Source: a virus. From it: a DNA stretch of 64,000 bases. Location of the stretch: IMG/VR virus record IMGVR_UViG_3300020182_002698. The stretch is one strand, 5' to 3'. Positions 10,280-20,873 of the stretch are shown here, one piece after another (within the stretch, counting starts at the first letter, position 1; every line of letters starts with the position of its first letter). The notes under the pieces are model-generated. The model was not told the origin of the DNA and did no database searches. It saw only the letters and a program-made list of their open reading frames with translations. The position numbers and the translations under genes were made by a program.

Positions 10280-11667
10280 GACGGATTTACATATTCATAC
10301 CAGTTTATTGGTGTTACCGTACCGACCCTGTTTTGAGTGTTCATATTAATAACATCATATTCATAATTTTCGTAATCAATATTAACTTGGTAGTAAAAAT
10401 ACTTAGAACTTTCAAAATTAAACTTCTGAGATAATGCAGACTGTCGAGTATTCATCATCCTAACAAATTGTCCAGTTTTAGCGTTAAAAAACTTAGCACT
10501 CATATAAAACTTATCTATATCGATATAATTCGGATTTTTTAACCAATAAATAAAGTATCCTTCTTTATCACCAACATAATCCAATAAAAAATTAGGCATC
10601 TTTATCTGCGAATCAGAAGGTGCCACCGCAGTAGACGCAGTATTAGGAGGTAAATTTCCTGCATTATTGTTTATTTCCCCACCACTTCCAGGTGGTTGGA
10701 ATGATGCTGATGGTGTTGGTGATGGGGGTGTTGGTGTAGGTGTAGGCGTTGAACTGATTGATGGTGTTGGAGTCATCGACGGGTTTATACAATCGCAATT
10801 TCCAAGCGTAAAATCACTAAAATCATCTATTATATCATTAGGGGGTGCGTCCGGTATAATATCATCACCTATACTAATTATTTCAAAACATGTTCCCTGA
10901 TAATCTATTGTATAATTATTTTGAGGCCATGATAAAAGTTCATTAACGATTTGAACATCAATATATTTAGTTAACGAAACGCTATTACAGTTTAAAAATG
11001 TCGTCTCATAAGTATCGGGAAAAAACAATATTACATCATTAATTTTTGATGTAGATGGTGTAGGTGTAGGTGTGGGCACATAGTAAAGTGGGGCCGCAAG
11101 ACCAAAATCTCCACCACCTGGTAATATGTCTGGAATTGTTGGTCCCGAAACATATGGGTTAGATATCGGAGGTTCCGTTCCGGATAATCTAGTTAATCCT
11201 TGTTGTGTAGGTAATATAATGGTTAAATAAAGTTTTTGTGTCTCACTATTGTCAGTATCATATAAATCTAACTTAAAGAAACTATTTTTATATGAGTTAG
11301 CATTATAATATATCTCACCCTCAGTAAAGCAAGTTCCTGTGAAATTTGGGTTATCGGTAAACACATAGTCACTTGTCCATAAATTGACGTTAGATGGATT
11401 AGTTGCTCCTACATCAATACTTCTATCGAAAAAACTAAATTTGTGGTTAATACTAGTCTGTAATATATTATCTTTGTACCAATCTTTGTGAGTAAATCTT
11501 GTTAACTCAAAGTCTTCAATAGGATTTATTACTTTTTCTAAAGTCTCTTCTTCAAACTTATCCACCAAATCATCTCTACCTAATAAATCGGTATCAATTT
11601 GAATGGGTATGTTTATATACCTATCGTTAGGTGATATTTTAATTCTATATTTATTCACAGTAGTCAT
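10276..11667 (-). CDS. Hypothetical structural protein with TP linkers and one Cys-rich module
   Basis: 463 aa; PTPTPTPS linkers flank FLNCNS...GTCFEI...GNCDC, the same module type as in the 891 aa protein. Confidence 0.5.
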   Translation of the reverse strand: MTTVNKYRIKISPNDRYINIPIQIDTDLLGRDDLVDKFEEETLEKVINPIEDFELTRFTHKDWYKDNILQTSINHKFSFFDRSIDVGATNPSNVNLWTSDYVFTDNPNFTGTCFTEGEIYYNANSYKNSFFKLDLYDTDNSETQKLYLTIILPTQQGLTRLSGTEPPISNPYVSGPTIPDILPGGGDFGLAAPLYYVPTPTPTPSTSKINDVILFFPDTYETTFLNCNSVSLTKYIDVQIVNELLSWPQNNYTIDYQGTCFEIISIGDDIIPDAPPNDIIDDFSDFTLGNCDCINPSMTPTPSISSTPTPTPTPPSPTPSASFQPPGSGGEINNNAGNLPPNTASTAVAPSDSQIKMPNFLLDYVGDKEGYFIYWLKNPNYIDIDKFYMSAKFFNAKTGQFVRMMNTRQSALSQKFNFESSKYFYYQVNIDYENYEYDVINMNTQNRVGTVTPINWYEYVNPS

Positions 11668-13363
11668 TTATTGGGGCGAATGAAATATTACTATTGTTAA
11701 TATTTCTCTTCATAGGAGTTAGTAAAAATAGTATCTCACTAAATGGGTAGTGACATCCATTTAAAAAAGGATTATCTAAACCATTACCGTCACTGTCTTT
11801 ATATCCATATGGGTATAAATCTCTCCATCTCCATTGTTTTTCATATTTAGATAAAAAAGCGTAATCCGGAACTAAATCAACTGAATTTTCATCTCCAAGT
11901 TCAATATAGTCCGAATACACTCTTATGGGTACTGAATAATGTGGATTAAAAGCATATCCAGAAGGTAACGTATTAATACTGTTATTATCAAATACTTGTG
12001 GGTTATACGATATCTTGTGACTTATGTTAGACAATACAACTTCTTTTTGATTATACTTATTAAACTCACATATACCACCCATTAATTTATGACCAATTTC
12101 TAAATTTTCATTATAATGAAATGTATTTCCATTTTTAACGTAACTTCCGTTTGGTATGTCGTCTCTATTAGATGTGTTGTTTATATCCCACCACTCGTCT
12201 ATTTCATCTTCTAAAAAGTTTAATTCCCATCCGACCTGCACTCCCGTATTATTATTACTTACGTAAGGGTTATTAAACCAACCCATATAACCTTTATTTA
12301 GAATAGTTACAAACAATTCAGTTATAGGTCTATCTAAATTATCCCTAAGTGAAGATATATCTATATCTTTATCAAAAGAAAACCCTACTGTAGTATTACC
12401 ATCTTTAATTGAAACTCTCTGCACATTATTTGGTGTTAATGCCGAATACTCCAATTGTTTTTTAACGGGAAAAGGGTTAGTTTCATATGCCAACTTAGTA
12501 ATATCAGCATGAGTATTTTTAGTTAAAACTTTATGACACCTAACATAATATTCTGAGGTAGTCTCTTCTTTATTATTTATATCTGTAACTTTTTTAAAAT
12601 TACCTGTAGCGTAGTTACCAAAAAGTGGGTCAGTAAATCCATAATTAAATATAGAAAAAACTTTTTCCTGATTTCCGTAGTACAAATCACCTATTTCATA
12701 AACTTCAAAATATCGTTTACCATTTATTTCGTCTTTAGTGTAAATCCAATCACCAAGAGATAAGTTATGTTTAAATCCACAATAAAACGTAATAAGATTT
12801 TTCCCCCTGTCTTGTGTGTTAAGTATATAATACGGTACCCCTTCACTAACTACAAAATTATTTACCGAAGTTCCACTTTCAAAGTTTACAGTCTGTCTTA
12901 AATTTTGGTCTGTTTTATTTTCAGATGCATATGTGACATACGAAACCCAATTATATGACGAAGCGCTTTTATTTATAAATGGTATGTGACCTTCAATACC
13001 TCTAGTCCTAAAAAAAGTAAATTCGTCATATTGAGGATATCCTTTCCATTCACCTCCAAAAGTGAGAGTATTTAAAGTATCTGTATAGTATAGAGAGTTT
13101 CTAAATGGTTCGTAACTTGTTTGACCGCTAACAATATTATTAAATATATTAACTATCTTTCCAGCAATTCTAAATTTACTTGAATTTTGTCTTTCGTAGT
13201 TAAACCTTTCTTCTAAATTAAGTATTTTAGACCTTTCACCCTCTATAATATTTTTATTATTTCCTTGTAAATTTACATTTATTAATAAATCAGTATTAGA
13301 CGCACCGGCAAAACGGTCCTCTCCTCTAACAATTCTAATATCTGAATTTTTCTTATTACTCAT
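11651..13363 (-). CDS. Hypothetical structural protein (baseplate operon)
   Basis: 570 aa ORF overlapping both neighbours; Asn/aromatic-rich; no recognisable motif. Confidence 0.5.
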   Translation of the reverse strand: MSNKKNSDIRIVRGEDRFAGASNTDLLINVNLQGNNKNIIEGERSKILNLEERFNYERQNSSKFRIAGKIVNIFNNIVSGQTSYEPFRNSLYYTDTLNTLTFGGEWKGYPQYDEFTFFRTRGIEGHIPFINKSASSYNWVSYVTYASENKTDQNLRQTVNFESGTSVNNFVVSEGVPYYILNTQDRGKNLITFYCGFKHNLSLGDWIYTKDEINGKRYFEVYEIGDLYYGNQEKVFSIFNYGFTDPLFGNYATGNFKKVTDINNKEETTSEYYVRCHKVLTKNTHADITKLAYETNPFPVKKQLEYSALTPNNVQRVSIKDGNTTVGFSFDKDIDISSLRDNLDRPITELFVTILNKGYMGWFNNPYVSNNNTGVQVGWELNFLEDEIDEWWDINNTSNRDDIPNGSYVKNGNTFHYNENLEIGHKLMGGICEFNKYNQKEVVLSNISHKISYNPQVFDNNSINTLPSGYAFNPHYSVPIRVYSDYIELGDENSVDLVPDYAFLSKYEKQWRWRDLYPYGYKDSDGNGLDNPFLNGCHYPFSEILFLLTPMKRNINNSNISFAPINDYCE

Positions 13364-16300
13364 CTTGAGCGAAAATGTATTTTTTTATGTATCTATTCAT
13401 CGCACTTTTACCCCTTTTAAGACCAAAATAATAGTAAAAGGGTCCACCTACTTTAAAGTTACCACCATTCACATCATTCGTAGGGTATGAGTCGTATTCA
13501 GGGTCTGTCGAGCTTCTGTTATAAATATAACCAAGACCATATCCTGAATTAGGTTTCATATATGTACTATTGTTATTATAAAAATCATCTCCTTGGTATT
13601 TAGAGTTGAATATATATTCAGTATTCCATGAGTTATGTTGGGTCCCAAATAATCCATTGTCATTTACGTTCCACATATAATACGGAACTACTTGGGTATT
13701 CGAATATCCAAATGTATTTGTCGGACCTGTCGGTTCGGTTCCAAATGTAGTCACTCCATTCGTAATAACTCTCCTATTAATTGTATTCGAACTAAACCAA
13801 ATACCAAATCTATCATCTATTAAAGAAATACTATCTTCATAATTACCTTCTAAAAATGGTATAACACCATACTCAGAGTTAATACCTACCATTTGAGCGT
13901 AGTCCCCATCAACCCGACTGTCAAGTGGATTTGAGAGCCCTAAAATCTGAGTCTCTCTTGAGAAAAGCATTCCCACAGAACCGTCTCCAGCACCTAACAC
14001 TTGTTCCAAAAAGTTGGCGTTCGCCAAACGGGAGACTATAAATAAAATATCAATATTAGATGGGTCGTTATAACTTGTAGTTTCTATTGTATCAATTATA
14101 TAACCTTCAAATTCAGGTGAAAACGCAATCTCTTTTGTGAACTCATCTCTTGGTCCTAACTCATTAATAGTTGTTGGGTACCAAATGTTTTTATCATTTT
14201 GACCGGAGTAATAATCCCTACCTGGCTCCTGACCTATAAATTGATTCGTATCATCATTAAAAGGTGTCGAACGATAAAAGAATGAGTTTGTTTCGGTATT
14301 AAAATATAATGGTCCTTGGTACCTTCTATTGACCCAAAATTGTTGGGGGTCACCACAGAAACGATACCGTTTAGGTTGATTATCTGAATTATATATGGTT
14401 TGTTTTTGAAATGAGGGCATATATAGAGACCCATTTAACCAGTTATTTTGAAACATTTGCCCAATAACTCCCTGGCATAGTGCAAACATAAATCTTATCC
14501 TTACTCTCCATTCAAAAAACATTTGTATGTCTCTAGGAATTGTAAGTATTAATCTTCTAATCACGAAACGGTAACATCCGTTAACAACTCTTTCATCACT
14601 ATCAATAGGTCCAGGTAGGTCACATGGGTTAACAACTTCAAATTCCTCACCCTGTCCTTGATAACAGTTTAAAGGTACCATACCTTGACATCCGAAACTT
14701 TGTATTACTTCCGATGTTACTGAATTTGCGTCTTCTGAAGCGTCGGCAGCATTGCCAGTGTCGTCCGATGAAGTCACCACTTCTCCCTCTATATTTGTTA
14801 CCGTACCCTCTTCATCTAAAAAGAATAACTGTTGTCTTAGATTTAAATGTAATCCATACCTTCTAAATTCAGGTTCGTTATTGTTATATTCAAACCTATC
14901 AAATTGGTCTCCTGTTGGTATTCTATCCGACCTAAACACTAACCTGTTGACATTAGACATATTAGTAATTACCTGTTGGTCTGATAAATTTCTAGAGAGG
15001 TATAGTGGAGATACCGTAATGATTTTCGTATCGTCAGTATTTTTTAAGTTCCTTTTATCATTATTTTTATCTGAGTATTGATACCCGCAACCTTCTATTC
15101 CTCTTTGAAACCATGGGTCCATACCTTTGTTGGGGTATCCACTACCTGGTCCGTCAGGACAATTTACCCCATTACCATCAACACCCATATAATTTTTGTA
15201 ACGGTTATCATTAACTAATTGTTTATCTAAAGAAACGTATTTGTTAAAACATTCGGTAGAAAAGGATTGGTAATTTTCCCCGCTATTACCAAAATTAGCA
15301 GTATAAGATGGGTGATATAACGCTTTGGCACTAAATCCGTCTCCACCATATCCATAGTTATTAGTGTCTTCGAACTTAAGGTCATCACCCACCCACTTAA
15401 AGTGAGGTACTGGGGTTTTATTCGAATTTCTCCAAATACCGTCTTGGGTTGCGGTATTTTCACCTGTTAATACATTGGGTTGTATCGGTATATTTAAGTA
15501 GTATTCTCCTTCTACAGTTACTTCATTAGCCCAATCATCAAACTCACCCGAACTAGTCTCATATCCAAATAGTTTAGATAAATCATATTTCATCTTTTGC
15601 TTTGGACTATATGGGTCAACTCCTCTTGTTGCAAATACAATAACTAAATCATTTTCGTTAGTATTACCCTGTTTATAGAAGTGACTTACCGTCGCTAAGT
15701 TATGGGCATCTCCATCAGTTTGGTCATTTTCCTCACATTGGTAACCCACCTTATAATCTAAGAGATACCTCCTAAGTAATCCGTTAGTGGTTCCAGTAGT
15801 TATAGAGTTAACCTCAGACCTAGTCATACCTGTTATAACTTGGAAGTACTCTACTCCCGCCTTATATTTATAACTTGTAGTTGCACCAGTATTTACTATA
15901 GTGACTCCCTGTGCAGTACTTGCGACACCATTAGGTTTCAAATATTTTATATCTATAGTAGTGTAACCATTTTCATTATAATTTATGGAATTACCCGTAA
16001 GACCATTATTATTAAACTGATTACCGCTAGGGTAACGATTAACGTTAGGGTCTGAAATGGTAGACGGGTCATTAAAGGTAAATAACTGTCCTGGTATTAC
16101 TACACTACCTGGGTCCAATACCATAATAAAACAACTGTCTGTCCATGGCGTAGATGCGTTATATCCAAAGTGGTCGTTTACTGTCCTAACAAGCATTCTG
16201 TTAGTTGTTGATGGACCGAAGTTTTGGTTACCGTTATCTCCGAAGTACATATGTCTTCGGTTCATAAGATTTAAAGCTTGAGCCCATGTTGGGTTAGGTG

Positions 16301-18410
16301 AAAATCTCCATCTAGTTTTGCTCGGAGGTTCATTTGGCCCGTCTTTATATATGGGATATACAGGTGATTTATACCATTCGGGTTGGTCCCTTTCTCCATC
16401 TTTATCAGTTTCTAGTTTTATTTGGTTTTTATAAAATCCAGGACCACTGTTACTGTCATATCCACTACTTAAAAATCTACCAGTCCATGGAGACATAATG
16501 GTTGGTGTAGATGTTCCGTCAACATTCGCATTACACGCGTTTACCTGATAAGACTCACTCCAAGTAATATCCGCAATTGGTCCAAATGTTAGCTCATCCG
16601 CTAAGTCATTTAACTCTTGACTATCTTCTTCTGAAACACTATCAGAACTACAATTACAAGTCTCACAATCAGGATAACTAATCATAGGTAGTGAAATGTT
16701 TTTAAATGGATTTTCTTTAGGTAGTGGTTCGATTAATGCACTTTTACAATCTTCCCTACTTAGTCTCCTTGAGAAAATGGATATGATAACACACATCACA
16801 TATATAATTCCATTTATAATTGCTATTATAATATTTAGTATGGCCCTTACTATCGGATATAAAACAGCCAAAACATGCATTAAAATTATTAACGAAATAA
16901 ATGAAGGAACTAAAATAGTGATAAGATAATTAAATAAAAGTATAAAAAAGTTACCGTTTCTTTGTGCGTCATTTATGGGTGGTTTATTAATTTCTGACTG
17001 ACACGTTTTATCGTTAATCTCTTTTATCCCAAGATGTTTTATTCTATTAAACCCCCATTTAAATCTGTCAATATGAGACGCAACTGTATAAACTTTATTA
17101 AAATTAAACTCATAAAAACTATCATCACAATTAATAGCCGCGTTCTTATCGTAGTAATCATCCCAATTCAAAGAAAATGAATACGATTTATTCCATGTCT
17201 CTTCATCAGGTCTATCGTTAACGGTCGTTCCTGTCCATCCATGTTCTTTTATGTTGGGAATTAAGTAGTTCGCTCTTATTATTTCCCCGTCTAATCCCGA
17301 CTCATTTTGCCATTTTATTTTAAATCTACTTTTACTTTTAGTAGGGATTCCGATAGATGGGTCTATTGATATAATTTGTTCCCCGAATTCATTAGTTATT
17401 ACATAGTCTAAATTCATCGGAAGGTCAATTAACCACGTACCGTTATCGTCAATTATATTACCACCTTCTTCAAAAATAAATTGTTCTAAAATAGGATTAC
17501 CTGAAAAATCGACATCCGTTGTTTGTCTTATACATAGTATTTGACCCGGACCTGTAGATAAATCACATAATTTACCTGTATCATTTTTAGGTTTACAATT
17601 CCCTTTTAAATAATCCTCATCAGTACTACTAAATATGGAGCCCATAAAAACTGCCTGTGGTTGTATTTCAATACCTAAATCTCTTAAATCGAAATCACTT
17701 CTAGTAATCCCAACATCACATAAATCATTTTCACCCCAAAATGGTGTGACATCCACTTCTTGTACGCTATTGACTATTTGTGGTAAACTTTTTAAATCTT
17801 GTGAAGCTTTAAATTGTTGTCCATTAAACTGTGTCGGAACTCCCATCCCCATCCTTATTAAGTCAGAGGGTCGTAATGAGAATTGACCTATATTAGATAG
17901 GTCTAAGTCCATAACTAACTTTTGTTGACCCAATGGTACCCCGACTATCATAAAGTCTCCTGAGTTGTTTGTTTTTACTGTGTACTTGTAATATTTCTCG
18001 TAAACGTGTAAAACTTCTTTTCGAGTTAAAACATCTTCTCGGTCAGGAAAAGTACCCGTAGGTGTATGACCTCCATACTCTTTTACGTATGGTAAAAGAT
18101 TATATCTATACCCATCTTCATTTTTTGTCTGTATATTTTTATAAGGGTAAAGAGTAGATATAATATTATCATTTTGGTCAATATCATCTAATGGTACAAA
18201 TATAGAAATATTTACATTAGGTACTCCAAATCCACCATTAGCAATCACTCGTCCAGTTACAACTCCATAATCCGCACAAAATCTTTCATATAAATCTTCT
18301 TGTCGTAATTTTAACGATAAGATTTCCAAAAAATCAAAATCTTGCTCTATATTAAGACGTACTTCCCTGTCGACCCCAACTTTTGTTCTAAACCTATATG
18401 ACTTTGACAT
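13356..18410 (-). CDS. Very large baseplate-region protein with N-terminal carboxypeptidase-regulatory-like beta domain and an internal hydrophobic hairpin
   Basis: 1684 aa. VVTGRVIANGGFGVPNVNISIFVP...TNNSGDFMIVGVPLG resembles CarboxypepD_reg-type domains. A ~55 aa hydrophobic stretch lies at nt ~16770-16950. Confidence 0.5.
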   Translation of the reverse strand: MSKSYRFRTKVGVDREVRLNIEQDFDFLEILSLKLRQEDLYERFCADYGVVTGRVIANGGFGVPNVNISIFVPLDDIDQNDNIISTLYPYKNIQTKNEDGYRYNLLPYVKEYGGHTPTGTFPDREDVLTRKEVLHVYEKYYKYTVKTNNSGDFMIVGVPLGQQKLVMDLDLSNIGQFSLRPSDLIRMGMGVPTQFNGQQFKASQDLKSLPQIVNSVQEVDVTPFWGENDLCDVGITRSDFDLRDLGIEIQPQAVFMGSIFSSTDEDYLKGNCKPKNDTGKLCDLSTGPGQILCIRQTTDVDFSGNPILEQFIFEEGGNIIDDNGTWLIDLPMNLDYVITNEFGEQIISIDPSIGIPTKSKSRFKIKWQNESGLDGEIIRANYLIPNIKEHGWTGTTVNDRPDEETWNKSYSFSLNWDDYYDKNAAINCDDSFYEFNFNKVYTVASHIDRFKWGFNRIKHLGIKEINDKTCQSEINKPPINDAQRNGNFFILLFNYLITILVPSFISLIILMHVLAVLYPIVRAILNIIIAIINGIIYVMCVIISIFSRRLSREDCKSALIEPLPKENPFKNISLPMISYPDCETCNCSSDSVSEEDSQELNDLADELTFGPIADITWSESYQVNACNANVDGTSTPTIMSPWTGRFLSSGYDSNSGPGFYKNQIKLETDKDGERDQPEWYKSPVYPIYKDGPNEPPSKTRWRFSPNPTWAQALNLMNRRHMYFGDNGNQNFGPSTTNRMLVRTVNDHFGYNASTPWTDSCFIMVLDPGSVVIPGQLFTFNDPSTISDPNVNRYPSGNQFNNNGLTGNSINYNENGYTTIDIKYLKPNGVASTAQGVTIVNTGATTSYKYKAGVEYFQVITGMTRSEVNSITTGTTNGLLRRYLLDYKVGYQCEENDQTDGDAHNLATVSHFYKQGNTNENDLVIVFATRGVDPYSPKQKMKYDLSKLFGYETSSGEFDDWANEVTVEGEYYLNIPIQPNVLTGENTATQDGIWRNSNKTPVPHFKWVGDDLKFEDTNNYGYGGDGFSAKALYHPSYTANFGNSGENYQSFSTECFNKYVSLDKQLVNDNRYKNYMGVDGNGVNCPDGPGSGYPNKGMDPWFQRGIEGCGYQYSDKNNDKRNLKNTDDTKIITVSPLYLSRNLSDQQVITNMSNVNRLVFRSDRIPTGDQFDRFEYNNNEPEFRRYGLHLNLRQQLFFLDEEGTVTNIEGEVVTSSDDTGNAADASEDANSVTSEVIQSFGCQGMVPLNCYQGQGEEFEVVNPCDLPGPIDSDERVVNGCYRFVIRRLILTIPRDIQMFFEWRVRIRFMFALCQGVIGQMFQNNWLNGSLYMPSFQKQTIYNSDNQPKRYRFCGDPQQFWVNRRYQGPLYFNTETNSFFYRSTPFNDDTNQFIGQEPGRDYYSGQNDKNIWYPTTINELGPRDEFTKEIAFSPEFEGYIIDTIETTSYNDPSNIDILFIVSRLANANFLEQVLGAGDGSVGMLFSRETQILGLSNPLDSRVDGDYAQMVGINSEYGVIPFLEGNYEDSISLIDDRFGIWFSSNTINRRVITNGVTTFGTEPTGPTNTFGYSNTQVVPYYMWNVNDNGLFGTQHNSWNTEYIFNSKYQGDDFYNNNSTYMKPNSGYGLGYIYNRSSTDPEYDSYPTNDVNGGNFKVGGPFYYYFGLKRGKSAMNRYIKKYIFAQDE

Positions 18411-18483
18411 AAAATTACTTTTAAAATAAATAGTTATTTATACTAATTTTAAAACTATTTAAATAAAAGTATATGGAAGAAAA

Positions 18484-20322
18484 TTATGAGAAATCTACGT
18501 TCTTCAATTGTTTTATTCTAACTTTGATATCTTTTTCAGGAAACTTTACCTGATATATCTGATTTGGTTGTGCAAAAATAGTATCATCAATTAATTCAAT
18601 TTGTTTAGTGTTTTTGTCCAAATATCTTTGTGAAGTTTCTGAAGACGAATATTGACCCCCAGTTTTATTAAAAACTTTTAAATCCGCCAATGTACTAACT
18701 CCAGGAATATCTTGTATTAATCTCCTTATGTCGGATATATTTATGTTCTTACCTAATAGATTAGTCGATGGTGACATATATGAATTAACACTATCAACTA
18801 TACTCGTTATTACTTGTCCTTGATTTTCACTAGATTCCATTGACACTGAAAATACAAATTCTAAATCAATTACTTGAGCACTTCTTACTGAAATATAATC
18901 ATTAATCATCCTGTAATTAGATAAATAATTTGCAATATTTTGTTTTAATGTATTTGATACGTTACTAGTTAACTTACCATTATCATCAAATGATAATATT
19001 TCTATTTTAATCTTATTATCCTCTTCCGTTATAGACGCCTTAGCCGGCGCTCCAAACCTACTCGGCATAGTTCTAATTAAAGAATTATAATCATTTACCG
19101 TAACGGCCCTTTTTTGTGCCGCAAAATTATAGGTAACCATATTACGCACTTCCTCAGTAGTAGGTAAGTTACCCCCACCTATCGCTGCGGTTACATTATT
19201 AGACCTTAAACTTTGAATTACATTCTGATTAATGTTAGGTGATGGTCCGTTAACCGAAAAATTAATGGTTCCGATTTGGTTGATTGTGTTTACCCCGATG
19301 TTAGAACCTATCCCACCCCCTATTCTATATTTAACAAATAGTGTAGTATTAGCCTTAACAGTTCTACCTAACCCAATATTGTTTTGATAATTTTCAAGCC
19401 TAAGCGGTATTCCTGTTTTTGCAAATTGAGCTAACTGGTCGTCAGCAGTAACTGTAGCGGAACCGAAAGTTAATTTACAATAACCCTCAGGTGTATATTC
19501 AGAAATAAATCTACTTTCAGTTTCAATATAACGACCCACTTTTATCCCTGGATTATCTGAAGCCTTTGTGGGGTCTTCAACAAATACTGTATTTTCTGCC
19601 AACGCATCTACCTCATACCATCTATCAGGTGCAGTTATAAATTCACCATAAGTAGGTGGGCTTGAGTAAGTAATACCATCTTTCTGAATTAATGATGTTA
19701 TACTTATAACGTTTTTTTCAGGTAAGAAGAACTCATAAAATGGTTTAACATCATTATTATTAATTACTTTTTTAAATATTTTAGTGGTACCATTAACAAC
19801 AACCTCTCGTTTAGTTATAGTATAATTAATAATTCGATTATTACTATCAAAATTCGGTATTTTAGTTCTGTTAGGGAATCCACTACTATTATATTGAGTA
19901 CTAAAGTCGATATCGTCTTGGTTTTCAAATATTTGACCCGCACCTATAAACTGAGAACCTGACCTTATAATACCTAAATACCTACTGTCTTCTTGGTCTC
20001 CAAAAGCTGGAACAGTAATAGACACATCTAATAACGCAATAGAAGGTCTATTACCAGGTATTTTTAATCCATATGTTCTAGCGATATTATATATTGAAGA
20101 TTTTTGTTGAGCGTATTGTAATACAGTTTCTTGTATACTTCTGTCTATATGATAATTTAAGTTGTCTCCAATAGCCGCGTTTAAATCTAAAAATACTGAG
20201 AATACGGAAGCGTCATTAAAATTATCAATGAGGTCCGGATAATACTGTCTTGTAAAGTTTATAAGGTCTTGTCTTAAACCTTCAAAATCTCTTTCCGTAT
20301 ATGATATTTTACGATTAGCCAT
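18484..20322 (-). CDS. Baseplate wedge subunit, T4 gp6-like (baseplate J family)
   Basis: KISYTERDFEGLRQDL...SVFLDLNAAIGDNLNYHIDRSIQE..LQYAQQKSSIYNIARTYG and AQKRAVTVNDY are hallmark gp6 motifs; adjacent to gp25. Confidence 0.9.
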   Translation of the reverse strand: MANRKISYTERDFEGLRQDLINFTRQYYPDLIDNFNDASVFSVFLDLNAAIGDNLNYHIDRSIQETVLQYAQQKSSIYNIARTYGLKIPGNRPSIALLDVSITVPAFGDQEDSRYLGIIRSGSQFIGAGQIFENQDDIDFSTQYNSSGFPNRTKIPNFDSNNRIINYTITKREVVVNGTTKIFKKVINNNDVKPFYEFFLPEKNVISITSLIQKDGITYSSPPTYGEFITAPDRWYEVDALAENTVFVEDPTKASDNPGIKVGRYIETESRFISEYTPEGYCKLTFGSATVTADDQLAQFAKTGIPLRLENYQNNIGLGRTVKANTTLFVKYRIGGGIGSNIGVNTINQIGTINFSVNGPSPNINQNVIQSLRSNNVTAAIGGGNLPTTEEVRNMVTYNFAAQKRAVTVNDYNSLIRTMPSRFGAPAKASITEEDNKIKIEILSFDDNGKLTSNVSNTLKQNIANYLSNYRMINDYISVRSAQVIDLEFVFSVSMESSENQGQVITSIVDSVNSYMSPSTNLLGKNINISDIRRLIQDIPGVSTLADLKVFNKTGGQYSSSETSQRYLDKNTKQIELIDDTIFAQPNQIYQVKFPEKDIKVRIKQLKNVDFS

Positions 20323-20327
20323 ATAAT

Positions 20328-20807
20328 TTAAATATTAATTATTATAAAATCTCTACTTTCAAATGTAGTATCTTTAATAGAATAGTCTATTTTTACTTTC
20401 GCAGTATATTCATCTACCCCTTCACCTGCAGTTCTAAAAATGTCAAACATTTCATATTCAGAATTTTCGTCTTCGGTATTTAGAGTACCCGAAACATTCC
20501 TATCATCTTCACTATAAGGGGATATAGATATGTCATTAATCTGTAAATTAGGTATGTATTTATCAACTGATGTTTGTATATCTGATTTTATTGCATCAAA
20601 TGTTGGTCCGTCCATTGGTTCAAAAATAAACTCATATATCCTAGTTCCAAAGTCAGGTAAGTAATATCTACTACCTTTCCTTGTTAATATTAAATGTAAT
20701 AAATCCGTCCTTATCTCATCTTCGGCAGTTTTTGTCCGAGTGAGATAGTTACCATTAACACTTTCAGAAAATGGAAATTTTATACCATATGATTTATTTA
20801 TTGCCAT
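20328..20807 (-). CDS. Baseplate wedge / sheath initiator, T4 gp25-like
   Basis: LLHLILTRKGSRYYLPDFGTRIYEFIFEPMD matches the gp25/gpW motif (GER...P.FG..l...lFEP). Confidence 0.9.
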   Translation of the reverse strand: MAINKSYGIKFPFSESVNGNYLTRTKTAEDEIRTDLLHLILTRKGSRYYLPDFGTRIYEFIFEPMDGPTFDAIKSDIQTSVDKYIPNLQINDISISPYSEDDRNVSGTLNTEDENSEYEMFDIFRTAGEGVDEYTAKVKIDYSIKDTTFESRDFIIINI

Positions 20808-20841
20808 AACAATAAATATTCGATATAATATTTTTATAAAT

Positions 20842-20867
20842 AAAACCCACCTTTTTAGATGGGTTTT
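20842..20867 (-). terminator. Intrinsic terminator after nrdA
   Basis: Minus-strand RNA AAAACCCAUCU-AAAA-AGGUGGGUUUU followed by AUUUAU. Confidence 0.75.
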
Positions 20868-20873
20868 ATTTTA

